Source: PVC group bacterium
GTDB lineage: Bacteria > Verrucomicrobiota > Kiritimatiellia > CAIKKV01 > CAITUY01
Reading direction: 5' to 3'
DNA: 64,000 bases
Assembly (NCBI GenBank): GCA_945870225.1
Contig: CAMBRF010000003.1
Coordinates: 49,074 to 113,073 of the forward strand
Part shown: positions 19,338 to 29,132 of the stretch, piece after piece
Layout of the letters: the number at the start of each line of letters is the position of its first letter
How positions within the stretch are numbered: position 1 is the first letter of the stretch
The notes under the pieces: generated by a model
Told to the model about the DNA's origin: nothing
The model's database searches: none
Seen by the model: the letters and a program-made list of their open reading frames with translations, nothing else
Position numbers and translations under genes: made by a program

Positions 19338-20209
19338 TGCAGAAGGTGATCGCCAAGGCCGAAGTTCTCATTGAGGCCCTGCCGTATATTCAGGACTTCC
19401 GCGGTGATACGATCGTCGTGAAGTTCGGCGGCAGCGCCATGGAGGACAAGCGCCAGGTAGAGAGCATCCTGACGGATGTGGCCTTCATGGAGTGCGTGGG
19501 GATGCGGCCCGTTCTGGTACACGGTGGCGGCAAGGCCATTTCACGGGCCATGACGGAGGCCGGTCTTCAGGCCCGGTTCGTCAAGGGTCTGCGCGTGACC
19601 GACGAGGCCACCATCACCGTGGTCGAGAACACGATCAAGAACACCGTCAACGCCGCCCTGCTCGCCATCCTGGCTACGAAGGGGGCCAAGGCCCGGCGGG
19701 TGGATGGTCAGTCCATTTTCAAGGTCGAGAAGCGCATCGGCAAGGATGCGGACACCGGCGAAAAGCTGGATTGGGGTTATGTGGGCGAAATCCGGCACGT
19801 CGACACCACGCCCCTGCTGGAATGCCTGGAGACCATGACCATCCCCGTCATTACCCCGCTCGGACTGGGGCCGGATGGCAAGCTTTACAACCTGAATGCC
19901 GATGATGCGGCGGCGGCCGTGGCGCGGGCGTTGCGGGCCCGCAAACTGGCCTTTCTTTCGGATGTGCCCGGCCTGCTGCGAGACCGCCAGGATGAAAGCA
20001 CGCTGCTCTCCACCCTTCACATCAAGGAGGTTGAGGAGTTGATCCGGAACGGCGTGATTGACGGCGGCATGCTGCCCAAGATCAAAAGTTGTGTGGAAGC
20101 GCTTGAATCCGGCGTAAAGAAAATCCACATTATCGACGGTCGGCTGCCGCACTCGCTGTTGCTTGAGATTTTTACAGACAAAGGAGTAGGAACGGAGATT
20201 ATAGAATGA
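19337..20209 (+). CDS. argB: Acetylglutamate kinase
   Basis: EALPYI, VKFGGSAM, VHGGG, GLRVTD, NLNAD, GGMLPK. Confidence 0.97.
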   Translation: MQKVIAKAEVLIEALPYIQDFRGDTIVVKFGGSAMEDKRQVESILTDVAFMECVGMRPVLVHGGGKAISRAMTEAGLQARFVKGLRVTDEATITVVENTIKNTVNAALLAILATKGAKARRVDGQSIFKVEKRIGKDADTGEKLDWGYVGEIRHVDTTPLLECLETMTIPVITPLGLGPDGKLYNLNADDAAAAVARALRARKLAFLSDVPGLLRDRQDESTLLSTLHIKEVEELIRNGVIDGGMLPKIKSCVEALESGVKKIHIIDGRLPHSLLLEIFTDKGVGTEIIE

Positions 20210-21417
20210 TGAACAGCACCGAAATTAAAGAAAAATACCATAATTACGTCATGTCGAATTACTATCCCCCGAGCCTTGTATTGGTCAAGGGGAAGGGAAC
20301 CCGCGTGTGGGATATCGACGGCAAGGTCTATCTCGACTTCGTCGGCGGTATCGCCTGCCAGAACGTCGGACACTGCCACCCCAAGGTCACCGAGGCCATC
20401 CAGCAACAGGCCGCCAAACTGGTTCATGTGTCGAATCTCTACCACAACGAATACCATGGCCTGCTGGCCGAAAAGCTCTCCTCCCTGTCCCTGGGCGGAA
20501 AATGCTTTTTCTGCAACTCCGGCGCCGAGGCCAACGAAGCCCTGATCAAGCTGGCGCGCCTGTGGGGCAGCGATCTGGGCAAGTACGAGGTCATCTCGAT
20601 GAAGAACTCGTTCCATGGCCGCACCCTGGCCAGCCTGGCCGCCACGGGACAGACGAAGTATCAGGACGGCTTTGAGCCGCTGCCCGATGGCTTCCTGTAC
20701 GCCGAACTCAACAACCTCGACTCGATCAAGAGCCTGATCAGCGGGCGCACCGCCGCCGTGTTGGTTGAGGCGGTGCAGGGCGAAGGCGGCGTGATCCCGG
20801 CCACCCTGGAATTCATGCAGGGGCTCCGCACGCTCTGCGACGAAAAGAACATCCTGATGTTCTGCGACGAAGTCCAGTGCGGCATGGGCCGGACCGGAAA
20901 ATGGTTCGGCTTCCAAAAGTCCGGGGTCAAGCCGGATGCCTTCTCGCTCGCGAAGTCGTTGGGCAGCGGTTATCCGATCGGCGCCATCGTGACCGGCCCG
21001 AAAGTGGCCGATGTCTTCCATCCGGGCCACCACGCCAGCACCTTCGGGGCCTCGCCCCTTGCCTGCTCGGCGGCGCTCGCCACCCTCCGCGTGATCGAAG
21101 AGGAAAACCTCGTCGAGCGCGCTTCCGAGGCGGGGCGTCGGTTCCGGACCGGGCTCGAGAAGTTTGTCGGGCAGTACGAGAACGTCAAGGGCGTGCGCCA
21201 CTCCGGCCTGATGCTCGGGTTGGTCGTGGATAAACCCGCGAAGGAACTGACCAAGATCCTGACGGAAATGAACCTCCTGGCCATTCCCACCGGGGATACG
21301 GTCGTGCGGTTCCTCCCGCCGCTGACGGTCAAGGACAGTGAAATCGATGAGGCGTTGGAAATCCTGGATGACGCTCTGGCCCAATGGCATGGCGTGACCA
21401 AGGAAGACGCCGAATAA
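20206..21417 (+). CDS. argD: Acetylornithine aminotransferase
   Basis: NSGAEANE, SFHGRT, EAVQGEGG, DEVQCGMGRTG, AKSLG; located in arg operon. Confidence 0.93.
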   Translation: MMNSTEIKEKYHNYVMSNYYPPSLVLVKGKGTRVWDIDGKVYLDFVGGIACQNVGHCHPKVTEAIQQQAAKLVHVSNLYHNEYHGLLAEKLSSLSLGGKCFFCNSGAEANEALIKLARLWGSDLGKYEVISMKNSFHGRTLASLAATGQTKYQDGFEPLPDGFLYAELNNLDSIKSLISGRTAAVLVEAVQGEGGVIPATLEFMQGLRTLCDEKNILMFCDEVQCGMGRTGKWFGFQKSGVKPDAFSLAKSLGSGYPIGAIVTGPKVADVFHPGHHASTFGASPLACSAALATLRVIEEENLVERASEAGRRFRTGLEKFVGQYENVKGVRHSGLMLGLVVDKPAKELTKILTEMNLLAIPTGDTVVRFLPPLTVKDSEIDEALEILDDALAQWHGVTKEDAE

Positions 21418-21438
21418 CCCAGCAACGGGCACCATAAC

Positions 21439-22671
21439 ATGGTCATCACCGAACTTAAGAAGCAAACGGTTGGCATCTGCGTTTCTGGGGGTCTGGACAG
21501 CCGGACCATTACCAAGAAACTGGTCGAGATGGGAGTCAACGTCAGGTGTTTTTCGGCGGATCTCGGTCAACCCGACGAAAAAGACATCAACGACATCAAG
21601 ACCAAGATGGCCCCGTGCGGGGTGGAGACCACGATTGTCGACCTGAAACAGGCCATGGCCGAGGCCTGTTTCGAGGTCATCAAGGCGCAAGCCATGTACG
21701 ATGGCGGATACTGGAATTCCACCGGCATCGCGCGGGCCGTCACCGTCCGGGGGCTGATCCCGGAGATGAAGAAGCAGGGCTGCACCGTGCTCGCTCATGG
21801 CGCCACCGGGCGCGGGAACGACCAGATGCGGTTCGAGCGCTATACCAATGTGCTCGCCCCGGAAATGAAGGTGTATGCCCCCTGGCGCGATCCGTCCCTG
21901 CTCAAGGAGTTCGCCGGCCGCACCCAGATGGCGGCTTACCTCGCCAAGTTCGGGATCGAGGCCACCGTCGGCAGCAAAAAGCATTATTCCACGGACGCCA
22001 ACCTCGCGGGATTGTCGCACGAGGCCGAGGACTTGGAGAGCCTGCAAACCCCCTGCACCATCGTCCAGACAACCATGGGCGTCTGGCCCGACAAGGCGCC
22101 GGATAAGGTTGAACCCGTGACCCTGCGTTTTGAACGCGCCCGGTGCGTGGCGATCAACGGCCACCCCGTCACCCCGCTTGAGGCCATGCGCGAAGCCAAC
22201 CTCATCGGCGGACGCAACGGCATCGGCATGAAGAACGCCCTCGAAAACCGCGTGGTGGGAACCAAGAGCCGCGGCGTCTACGAGGCCCCCGGCATGGAAG
22301 TGCTGGGCGTCGGACTGCGTCAGGTCTACCAGGCCGTGACCGACCGCCGAGCCACGCTTCTTTTTCAGCATTTATCCAAGGTGATCGCGGACCAGATCTA
22401 CGATGGACGCTATTTCGACCCGGTCACACGGGCCGCCATGGCGGGTATCGACGTCATGGCCGAATCCGCCACCGCCACGGTCAAACTCGGACTTTACAAG
22501 GGTAACCTGCACTTCATGAGCCTGACGGATTGCGCCGCCTCACTCTACAATGAAGCGGACTCGTCCATGGAAGCCAGTGAAGGACTTAACCCGGTCAGTT
22601 CGCAGGGTTTTGCCGAAATCCAAAGCGTGGAAGCCCGCTCCCTGGCCAAAGCCGGTCAGATCAGGTCGTGA
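21439..22671 (+). CDS. argG: Argininosuccinate synthase
   Basis: SGGLDS, HGATGRGNDQMRF, YSTDAN, ENRVVGTKSRGVYEAPG. Confidence 0.95.
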   Translation: MVITELKKQTVGICVSGGLDSRTITKKLVEMGVNVRCFSADLGQPDEKDINDIKTKMAPCGVETTIVDLKQAMAEACFEVIKAQAMYDGGYWNSTGIARAVTVRGLIPEMKKQGCTVLAHGATGRGNDQMRFERYTNVLAPEMKVYAPWRDPSLLKEFAGRTQMAAYLAKFGIEATVGSKKHYSTDANLAGLSHEAEDLESLQTPCTIVQTTMGVWPDKAPDKVEPVTLRFERARCVAINGHPVTPLEAMREANLIGGRNGIGMKNALENRVVGTKSRGVYEAPGMEVLGVGLRQVYQAVTDRRATLLFQHLSKVIADQIYDGRYFDPVTRAAMAGIDVMAESATATVKLGLYKGNLHFMSLTDCAASLYNEADSSMEASEGLNPVSSQGFAEIQSVEARSLAKAGQIRS

Positions 22672-22682
22672 AGAGGATGTAG

Positions 22683-22710
22683 GAATCCAGAATCCAGAAG
22701 TCAGAATCCA
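22683..22710. repeat. 4 x 7-bp tandem repeat (GAATCCA) abutting the thiD start
   Basis: gaatcca gaatcca gaagtca gaatcca; the last A is the A of thiD ATG. Confidence 0.8.
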
Positions 22711-23507
22711 TGCCTATTCCTCGTTCCATACCGGTTGCACTGACCATCGCGGGCTCGGATAGCGGCGGGGGTGCCGGTATTCAGGCCGATCTGAAGACGT
22801 TCATGGCCCTGGGCGTCTTCGGAACCTCCGCTATCACCTGCATCACCGCCCAGAATCCTGACGCCGTCACCGGCATTGAAGCCGTGTCGACCAAACTGAT
22901 TACCCGGCAAATCAAGGCCGTGACCGCCGGGTTTCCGGTGGCCGCCGCCAAGACCGGAATGCTTTTCTCAGCTGACATCATCCGGACCGTGGTCCGTGCA
23001 CTGAAGCAGGGGCCCCGGTTCCCACTGGTTGTCGATCCCGTCATGATCGCCACCTCCGGTGCCCGGCTGCTGCGTGACGACGCCCTGTCTGCACTTTGCC
23101 GCGACCTGCTCCCCCTGGCCACGGTGATCACACCAAACCTGAATGAAGCGGAACTGCTCGCAGCCTGTCGGATCCATAAGCTTGACGATCTCAAGAAGGC
23201 GGCCCTGCTGATCTCAAAACGGTTCGGAACCGCCTGCATGGCCAAGGGCGGCCACCTGGCCGGACGGGAAGTGGTCGATGTCCTTTGCGTCGATGGGGAG
23301 ATTTCACTCTTCAGCTCCCCTCGCCTCCGCGTCCGGGAAACCCACGGCACAGGCTGCACCTTCTCGGCCGCGCTCACGGCAGCCCTGGCCCATGGTACCG
23401 ACCTGCATGAATCCGTCGCTGTCGCCAAATGCTTTGTTACCCAGGCCCTGCGCCATGCCGTCGCGGCAGGAAAACACACCCCGCTGAATTTCGCCTGGCA
23501 AACATGA
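22710..23507 (+). CDS. thiD: Hydroxymethylpyrimidine/phosphomethylpyrimidine kinase
   Basis: TIAGSDSGGGAGIQADLKT, KTGML, VDPVM, TPNLNEA, KGGH, THGTGCT. Confidence 0.96.
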   Translation: MPIPRSIPVALTIAGSDSGGGAGIQADLKTFMALGVFGTSAITCITAQNPDAVTGIEAVSTKLITRQIKAVTAGFPVAAAKTGMLFSADIIRTVVRALKQGPRFPLVVDPVMIATSGARLLRDDALSALCRDLLPLATVITPNLNEAELLAACRIHKLDDLKKAALLISKRFGTACMAKGGHLAGREVVDVLCVDGEISLFSSPRLRVRETHGTGCTFSAALTAALAHGTDLHESVAVAKCFVTQALRHAVAAGKHTPLNFAWQT

Positions 23508-25150
23508 CAAGACTGCCCCGGCGCCCTCTGGTCGGAGTGGCTCTCTGTTTCATGATCGGCATCTCCCTCGGCCTCATCCACCCGGCCCCGCCCGCCATCC
23601 TCTTGCCGGCCACAACGATCTGCCTGGCATTCGCCGTTGTCCTGAATGGGGCCAGGCGTCCTGCTGTTTCACAGCTCGCCACGCTGCTCATCCTTGCGGC
23701 CGTTCTGGGGCTGGGCTGGACCCATGCCTCACTGGATCACCCCTTGGCGCCCGAAATCACGATCTCTGCCGCCAACTCCAAAGCCGGGTTGATCGGCGTG
23801 ATCGCCGATGAACCTGTCCGCGTGGAACAGCCCGGGAAACGGCCAGCCTGGTCGTTCCCTCTCGACGTCGCGCGGTCCCGTGAGGATGCCTCGGCGGCCT
23901 GGCGGGATGCCAGCGGCACCGTACGCGTCCGCTTATTCTCCGGCCCGACCACACGTGTCCCCGCTTACGGGGAACGCTGGTCCGTATCAGGCCGCCTTGA
24001 TCAGCCGGCCTTCAAACAGGGCCGGATGGCCGGAAAACCCGCCGGACTCTACCTCACGACCTCCGACCGACAATCCCATTTTCTTTCTGGTGGACACGGG
24101 AATGCGATCACCCGGCAATGCCTGGCCGCCCGGGCATGGGCGGCTCTTCTCTTGAAAAAGGGAATTGAGGATTTTCCCGAGCAGGTGACCATTCTCAATT
24201 CGCTCCTGCTGGGGTACTACAGCCGGATCCCGCGCGAACTCTACCAGGCCTTTGCCGCGACCGGCACGCTGCATGTTTTCGCGATCAGCGGCTCACACGT
24301 TGTCATCGTTTCCGGGGTCATTATTTTCGCGCTAGCCGCCTGCGGGATTCCGAGGACGCGCTGGATTCTCTTCCTGGGGCCCCTGTTGCTGGGCTATACG
24401 ATCATGACGGGCCTTCAATCCAGCGCGGTCCGGGCCTGCATCATGGCACTGCTCTTCTGGGCGGCCCCCTTTCTCGGCCGCAAGGCCGACATTTACACCG
24501 CCCTCGCCGCCGCGGCCATTCTCATTTTGATTGTTGCACCGGCGGAACTGTTCGGAATCGGGTTTGTCCTGTCCTTCGTGGCGGTTATCGGACTGATGTT
24601 GTTCTTTCCGGTTTTCGCGGCACCGTTGCGGCGCCGCTTTCAAGCCGATCCGCTTCAGATTGAGCCCGAACCCCGTTGGGTCAGACTCGCACGCCAGACG
24701 TGGCTGTCTATCGCCGACCTGCTGGCCATGTCGTTGGCGGCCTGCCTGGTCTCGGCACCGCTGACAGCCTGGTACTTCGAGACCTTCTCGCCCATCGGGG
24801 TGCTCGGCAATCTACTGGCTGTACCGCTGTCGTCGCTCATCATCGTCACAGGCTTTCTCGCCCTGGTCTTCGGTGCCGGCGCGGGGTTTCTGGCCGACCT
24901 ATTCAACCACGCAAATCTGGTTTTGATCAACCTGCTGACCGGCACCATCCGCTTCTTCGCGGCCATCCCCGGTGGCCACATGCCGGTATCGCCCCCGCCC
25001 GTCTGGTTCCTGCCGGCGTTTTATGGACTTCTGGCCAGCCTCCGGTTCAGCCTGTGGCTAAACCAGCCGGCCAGGGACGATGAATCCTCGAGACAGAGCC
25101 ACAACTCCGTCAGCCCAGCAGCTCCGATCCGTGATCAGGGCCTTTTATGA
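23504..25150 (+). CDS. comEC: ComEC/Rec2 competence membrane protein without C-terminal metallo-beta-lactamase domain
   Basis: FAATGTLHVFAISGSHV, SAVRACIM, GFVLSF, GNLLAVP; ATGA overlap with thiD. Confidence 0.9.
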   Translation: MTRLPRRPLVGVALCFMIGISLGLIHPAPPAILLPATTICLAFAVVLNGARRPAVSQLATLLILAAVLGLGWTHASLDHPLAPEITISAANSKAGLIGVIADEPVRVEQPGKRPAWSFPLDVARSREDASAAWRDASGTVRVRLFSGPTTRVPAYGERWSVSGRLDQPAFKQGRMAGKPAGLYLTTSDRQSHFLSGGHGNAITRQCLAARAWAALLLKKGIEDFPEQVTILNSLLLGYYSRIPRELYQAFAATGTLHVFAISGSHVVIVSGVIIFALAACGIPRTRWILFLGPLLLGYTIMTGLQSSAVRACIMALLFWAAPFLGRKADIYTALAAAAILILIVAPAELFGIGFVLSFVAVIGLMLFFPVFAAPLRRRFQADPLQIEPEPRWVRLARQTWLSIADLLAMSLAACLVSAPLTAWYFETFSPIGVLGNLLAVPLSSLIIVTGFLALVFGAGAGFLADLFNHANLVLINLLTGTIRFFAAIPGGHMPVSPPPVWFLPAFYGLLASLRFSLWLNQPARDDESSRQSHNSVSPAAPIRDQGLL

Positions 25151-25273
25151 CAGGCACCCGACTAACCTCGCGCCCCCGGCTGACAGCTCATTCTCCGGCT
25201 TGCAGTTTCTGATAAATTAAGATTGAATCCCGACGCACTTGAAACAGAAACCATTATCGCAGGCAACAACATC

Positions 25274-27028
25274 ATGATACCGAACCTTGAATCACTCGCT
25301 GTCATCCGTAAGAACCGCCGCGCCGGCCGCGTCTCCTCCTGGGACAAGACAGGCCGCAATAGCGATTGGTGGACCCTTGCGCCCGGCGAGACCCGGGTGC
25401 TGGCCGACATTCGCGGGCCGGGTCAGATCACGCATATCTGGTTCGCCCAGCCGTCGCACTTCCGCGAGGTCCTGCTGAAAATCACCTGGGACGACGAAAA
25501 GAAGCCGAGCGTGTTGTGCCCGGTCGGTGATTTCTTCGGGCTCGGCAACGGAATCGCCAACTCCTACGAGTCAGCCCTGTTCAGCGCGTCGGCCGTGAAT
25601 AACAATGTCATGGGCTACGATCCCGCCACCGGCCGCGCACGAGCCTCCAACGTGGGGCTGAATTGCTATGCGCCGATGCCGTTCCGCAAGCGGGCCAAGA
25701 TCGAGCTGATCAACGAGAGTGACGAGCCGCACGCGAAGTGGTTCTACATCGATTACGAGACGTTCACGGATGGCTGGAACAAGGACCTCGGGTATTTCCA
25801 TGCGGAGTTTCGCCGGGCTAATCCGTTTGGCGGCTGGGCCCCGGAGACCCCCGTCAACACCCCTGATGTGGACATTAATAACACCGGTCGCTTCGCTTAC
25901 AACTCCAACTACGTCATTGCGGAAACCAAGGGCCGCGGCCAGTACATCGGTTGCAACCTCAGTGTTGCCAATATCTGCGGCGGCTGGTGGGGCGAAGGCG
26001 ACGACATGATCTGGGTGGACGGTTACAAGTGGCCGCCCGATCTCCACGGCACCGGCAGCGAGGACTATCTCGGCCACGCCTGGGGCATGCAGCCCAATGC
26101 ATTCCTCCGCAATGGCTCCTCCATCTTTGAGATGCAGACCCAGGGCTATCAGACGAGCTACGTCTTCCACCTCGAAAACCCCGTCTATTTCCAGCGCGAA
26201 CTCAAGGTCAGCATCGAAGTCGGTCATGGCAACCACCTCGGGAACGACGTGAGCAGTGTCGGCTACTGGTACGCCGTGAAGCCGGCCGCCGTCCTCGCCC
26301 CGCCGCCGGTCAAACAACGCCGGCCGGCCCTCCGCGACGCCTACGGCGTCTGGCGGAACGATGCCGCCTGCCAATGCCCCGGCCCGCGCGTCATCCTGCC
26401 GAAGAATGTCTACCCCGCCAGCAAGACCGTTCCCGCCCCCAGTCGTCCGTTCAAGAAGGTCCTCTGGACCATTCCGGCGTTGCCGGAGGATCTGCAGCCG
26501 GCACAGGTCGAACGCGCCCTCGTTAAGGCGCCCCGCCTCTCAACCGGTCCGGAAAAGACGCCGCTGGCTGAGTTCCGAATCGGTCGTAGCGGCAATGCGC
26601 TAGCCGTGTGCATGTTTGTCCACGACAAGCATCCGTCCCGGGGTGTACCAAATTTCTGGGTGGGTTCATCGATCGAAATTTTCGGCGCGATCGACCATGA
26701 TGCCGCCCACACGGGACAGATTGTATTCCTGCCCCAGGTCGCGGGTCATGCCGGGAACGCGCTCCTGTACCGGGCCGCACAGGTCCAGCCCAATGCCCCG
26801 ACGTTCCCCTGGCAGATACGCCTTGAACAGGGAGGCTACCAACTGACCGCCTTGATTCCGTTCGCCTGCCTGAACATCGACCCTGAAGCGAAAATATTCC
26901 GACTCGAAGTCGCGGTTAATGTTCCCCAGCGCGGAACCTCCACCCTGCGTGCCGCCGCCGTGGGCGCTTCCAACGAGGCATACCGCATCGCCAGACATTT
27001 TGCCTGCGTCACCACCCGTAAAAAGTGA
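25274..27028 (+). CDS. DUF2961 / GH172-like glycoside hydrolase with C-terminal CBM9-like domain
   Basis: GPGQITHIW, CPVGDFFG, APMPFRK, GWWGEGDDMIWVDG, HGTGSEDY, IEVGHGNH; about 190-aa C-terminal extension. Confidence 0.85.
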   Translation: MIPNLESLAVIRKNRRAGRVSSWDKTGRNSDWWTLAPGETRVLADIRGPGQITHIWFAQPSHFREVLLKITWDDEKKPSVLCPVGDFFGLGNGIANSYESALFSASAVNNNVMGYDPATGRARASNVGLNCYAPMPFRKRAKIELINESDEPHAKWFYIDYETFTDGWNKDLGYFHAEFRRANPFGGWAPETPVNTPDVDINNTGRFAYNSNYVIAETKGRGQYIGCNLSVANICGGWWGEGDDMIWVDGYKWPPDLHGTGSEDYLGHAWGMQPNAFLRNGSSIFEMQTQGYQTSYVFHLENPVYFQRELKVSIEVGHGNHLGNDVSSVGYWYAVKPAAVLAPPPVKQRRPALRDAYGVWRNDAACQCPGPRVILPKNVYPASKTVPAPSRPFKKVLWTIPALPEDLQPAQVERALVKAPRLSTGPEKTPLAEFRIGRSGNALAVCMFVHDKHPSRGVPNFWVGSSIEIFGAIDHDAAHTGQIVFLPQVAGHAGNALLYRAAQVQPNAPTFPWQIRLEQGGYQLTALIPFACLNIDPEAKIFRLEVAVNVPQRGTSTLRAAAVGASNEAYRIARHFACVTTRKK

Positions 27029-27064
27029 TGTGCCTCAGGCCGAAAGGCAAAGGGAGAACGCGTC

Positions 27065-27080
27065 TTTATAAATGTATACA
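27065..27080. promoter_or_regulatory. Adjacent AT-rich palindromes TTTATAAA / TGTATACA, possible GntR/FadR-type operator
   Basis: Two perfect 8-bp palindromes upstream of the small ORF at 27128. Confidence 0.35.
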
Positions 27081-27127
27081 GGCCGTGATTATTGGCGTAT
27101 TGTCTTTGGCCACACCAAAGGAGCCTG

Positions 27128-27346
27128 ATGAACAAGACCAATGACCCGCAAGTGTCCGAAGCCTCACCCGCCGCCACCGCCACGACCAATAGAGCCCGGG
27201 CCCTTGCCGCTCAGGCCGCCACCATCGACGCCGCCAGCACGGGCAGCGCCATCTACCACACAGCGGCCTCCTATCTTGCGGCGCATCCCAAGGTGAAGGT
27301 GTACCAGAAGGAAACCGTTTCCACGCCTGTTCCTGCAAAGAAGTGA
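27128..27346 (+). CDS. Small Ala/Thr-rich hypothetical protein (72 aa)
   Basis: AAGGAG-N4-ATG; high GC3 codon usage; occupies the intergenic gap. Confidence 0.65.
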   Translation: MNKTNDPQVSEASPAATATTNRARALAAQAATIDAASTGSAIYHTAASYLAAHPKVKVYQKETVSTPVPAKK

Positions 27347-27412
27347 TTTGCTTTCAGCCGCATCCCCCGGGGTGCAGTCAGATTGGCTGATCGACTGTAG
27401 AAAAAAGGCCGC

Positions 27413-29005
27413 CTACTCTGTGAACCGGCGGAGCTTGGCGAGCAGAAAGCGCGTTTCGTCGATCCCAAGCATGGTTGCGGCAACCAGATACGCCACACCA
27501 CCGGCCCCGATGGCCAGTCCCAGAGTGACCACCTCCCAGATCAATCCGGGATGTTGATAGCCCCCCAGCACCTCCCGCGCGCCCCAGGCGGCACCGCCGC
27601 AGGCCACGGCTGCCAGAGCAATGGCGCCGCCATACCGCAGCCACATGCCCGCACTCCCATAGGCGATATCACGCCGCAAATACACCGCCAACTGGATGAA
27701 ATTCACCAGCGCCAGACAGCCCGTCGTCAGGGCCAGTCCGACATGCCCCATGTGATACACCTTAACCAGAATCAGGTTCATCACCAGGTTGAGGCCGATT
27801 CCCGCCAGACTGACCATCAGGGGCGTGCGGGGTCGATCCAGCGCGTAGAAGCACGGCGCCAGCACCTTGATGGCCGCATATCCGGATAACCCGATCGCAT
27901 AGACACGGAGGGCGGCCGCCGTCTGGCCCGTGTCCCACGCTGTGAACTTGCCATGCTGATAGATCAAGCCAATGATATCCGGCGCCAGGACCATTAACCC
28001 GACCGTGGCGGGAACCGTCAGGAAAAAAGCCAGCCGGAGCGCTTCCTCAATTGTCTTTCCCACAGACGCCAATTCGGCCCGGGCATGATGGCGCGCCACC
28101 GCCGGCAGGGTCACGGTGGCAATCGCCACGCCAAAGACACCGATCGGGAACTGCATTAGCCGGAACGCGCAGTTCAGCCAGGAACGGGCGCCATCGATCT
28201 CGGAGGCGAACATGCCGTTGATGAGGACGTTGACCTGCACCGCTGAGCCCGCAATCATGCTCGGCCAGGCCAGCGCCCAAACCCGCCGCAACCGCGGATC
28301 GCTGAAATCCAGGGTCCACTGGAAATGGTAGCCCAGCCGCCAGAGGGACGGCAGTTGCATGCCCAATTGGGCCATTCCCCCCAACAGCACACCCACACTC
28401 ACGCCATAAAGCGCCTTTTCCGTAAAGTCAGGATGAAGCCAGTCCTTCTGGGGATCAAACACACACGCCAGCCCCACCCCGGCCACGATGGACACGATAT
28501 TGAACACCGTGGAGGCAGAGGCCGGCAGGCCGAAAATCATCCGCGCATTAAGAATGCCCATCACCACGGCCGCCAGCGAGACCATCATGATAAAGGGAAA
28601 CAGAATCCGGGTCAGACTCACGGTCAGCTCAAACTTTCCCGGCACCTGATGGAAACCAAAGTTCGTGACCTGCACCAGTAGGGGGCTGGCGGCAATCCCC
28701 ACCAGACAGATCGCCCCCATGATCAGAATCAGCGCCGTGAACAGTAAACTTGCCAATCGCCAGGCCGGGGCCGTTCCTTCCTTTTCCAGAGTCTTGGTGA
28801 AGGTGGTGGTGAACGCCGTGGATAAAGCCCCTTCAGCAAACAGATCCCGCAGGAGATTGGGAATCTGAAAGGCGGCCAGAAAGGAGTCGAGGTATTTCCC
28901 CGCCCCGAACATCGCGGCAAAAACCAATTCCCGCACCAACCCCAGTACGCGTGATCCCATGACCGCCAGACTCACAATTCCTGCGGCTTTGCGGCGACTC
29001 TTCAT
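27413..29005 (-). CDS. murJ: Lipid II flippase MurJ (MviN)
   Basis: SRVLGLVRE, AFQIPNLLRDLFAEGALS, RLMQFPIGVFG, FYALD..TP. Confidence 0.96.
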   Translation of the reverse strand: MKSRRKAAGIVSLAVMGSRVLGLVRELVFAAMFGAGKYLDSFLAAFQIPNLLRDLFAEGALSTAFTTTFTKTLEKEGTAPAWRLASLLFTALILIMGAICLVGIAASPLLVQVTNFGFHQVPGKFELTVSLTRILFPFIMMVSLAAVVMGILNARMIFGLPASASTVFNIVSIVAGVGLACVFDPQKDWLHPDFTEKALYGVSVGVLLGGMAQLGMQLPSLWRLGYHFQWTLDFSDPRLRRVWALAWPSMIAGSAVQVNVLINGMFASEIDGARSWLNCAFRLMQFPIGVFGVAIATVTLPAVARHHARAELASVGKTIEEALRLAFFLTVPATVGLMVLAPDIIGLIYQHGKFTAWDTGQTAAALRVYAIGLSGYAAIKVLAPCFYALDRPRTPLMVSLAGIGLNLVMNLILVKVYHMGHVGLALTTGCLALVNFIQLAVYLRRDIAYGSAGMWLRYGGAIALAAVACGGAAWGAREVLGGYQHPGLIWEVVTLGLAIGAGGVAYLVAATMLGIDETRFLLAKLRRFTE

Positions 29006-29013
29006 GGCTGGAC

Positions 29014-29043
29014 ATTAAACAGGCGAACCCGTAACAGCGTCAA
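29014..29043 (-). promoter_or_regulatory. Putative sigma70 promoter of murJ (near-leaderless)
   Basis: TTGACG-N18-TTTAAT-N8-ATG, no SD. Confidence 0.5.
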
Positions 29044-29132
29044 GCCGTCAAAATATTAACGCATTAAGCGGTTTGAATTGCCGTTCCCCGAATGCTACTT
29101 TCTGGGCGCTCATTGTTGGGGGAGATTTGCCC

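Noticed and set aside
20017-22371. 784-aa antisense ORF over argB-argD-argG
   Set aside because: Shadow frame of high-GC3 genes; no recognisable motifs; the sense genes are unambiguous.
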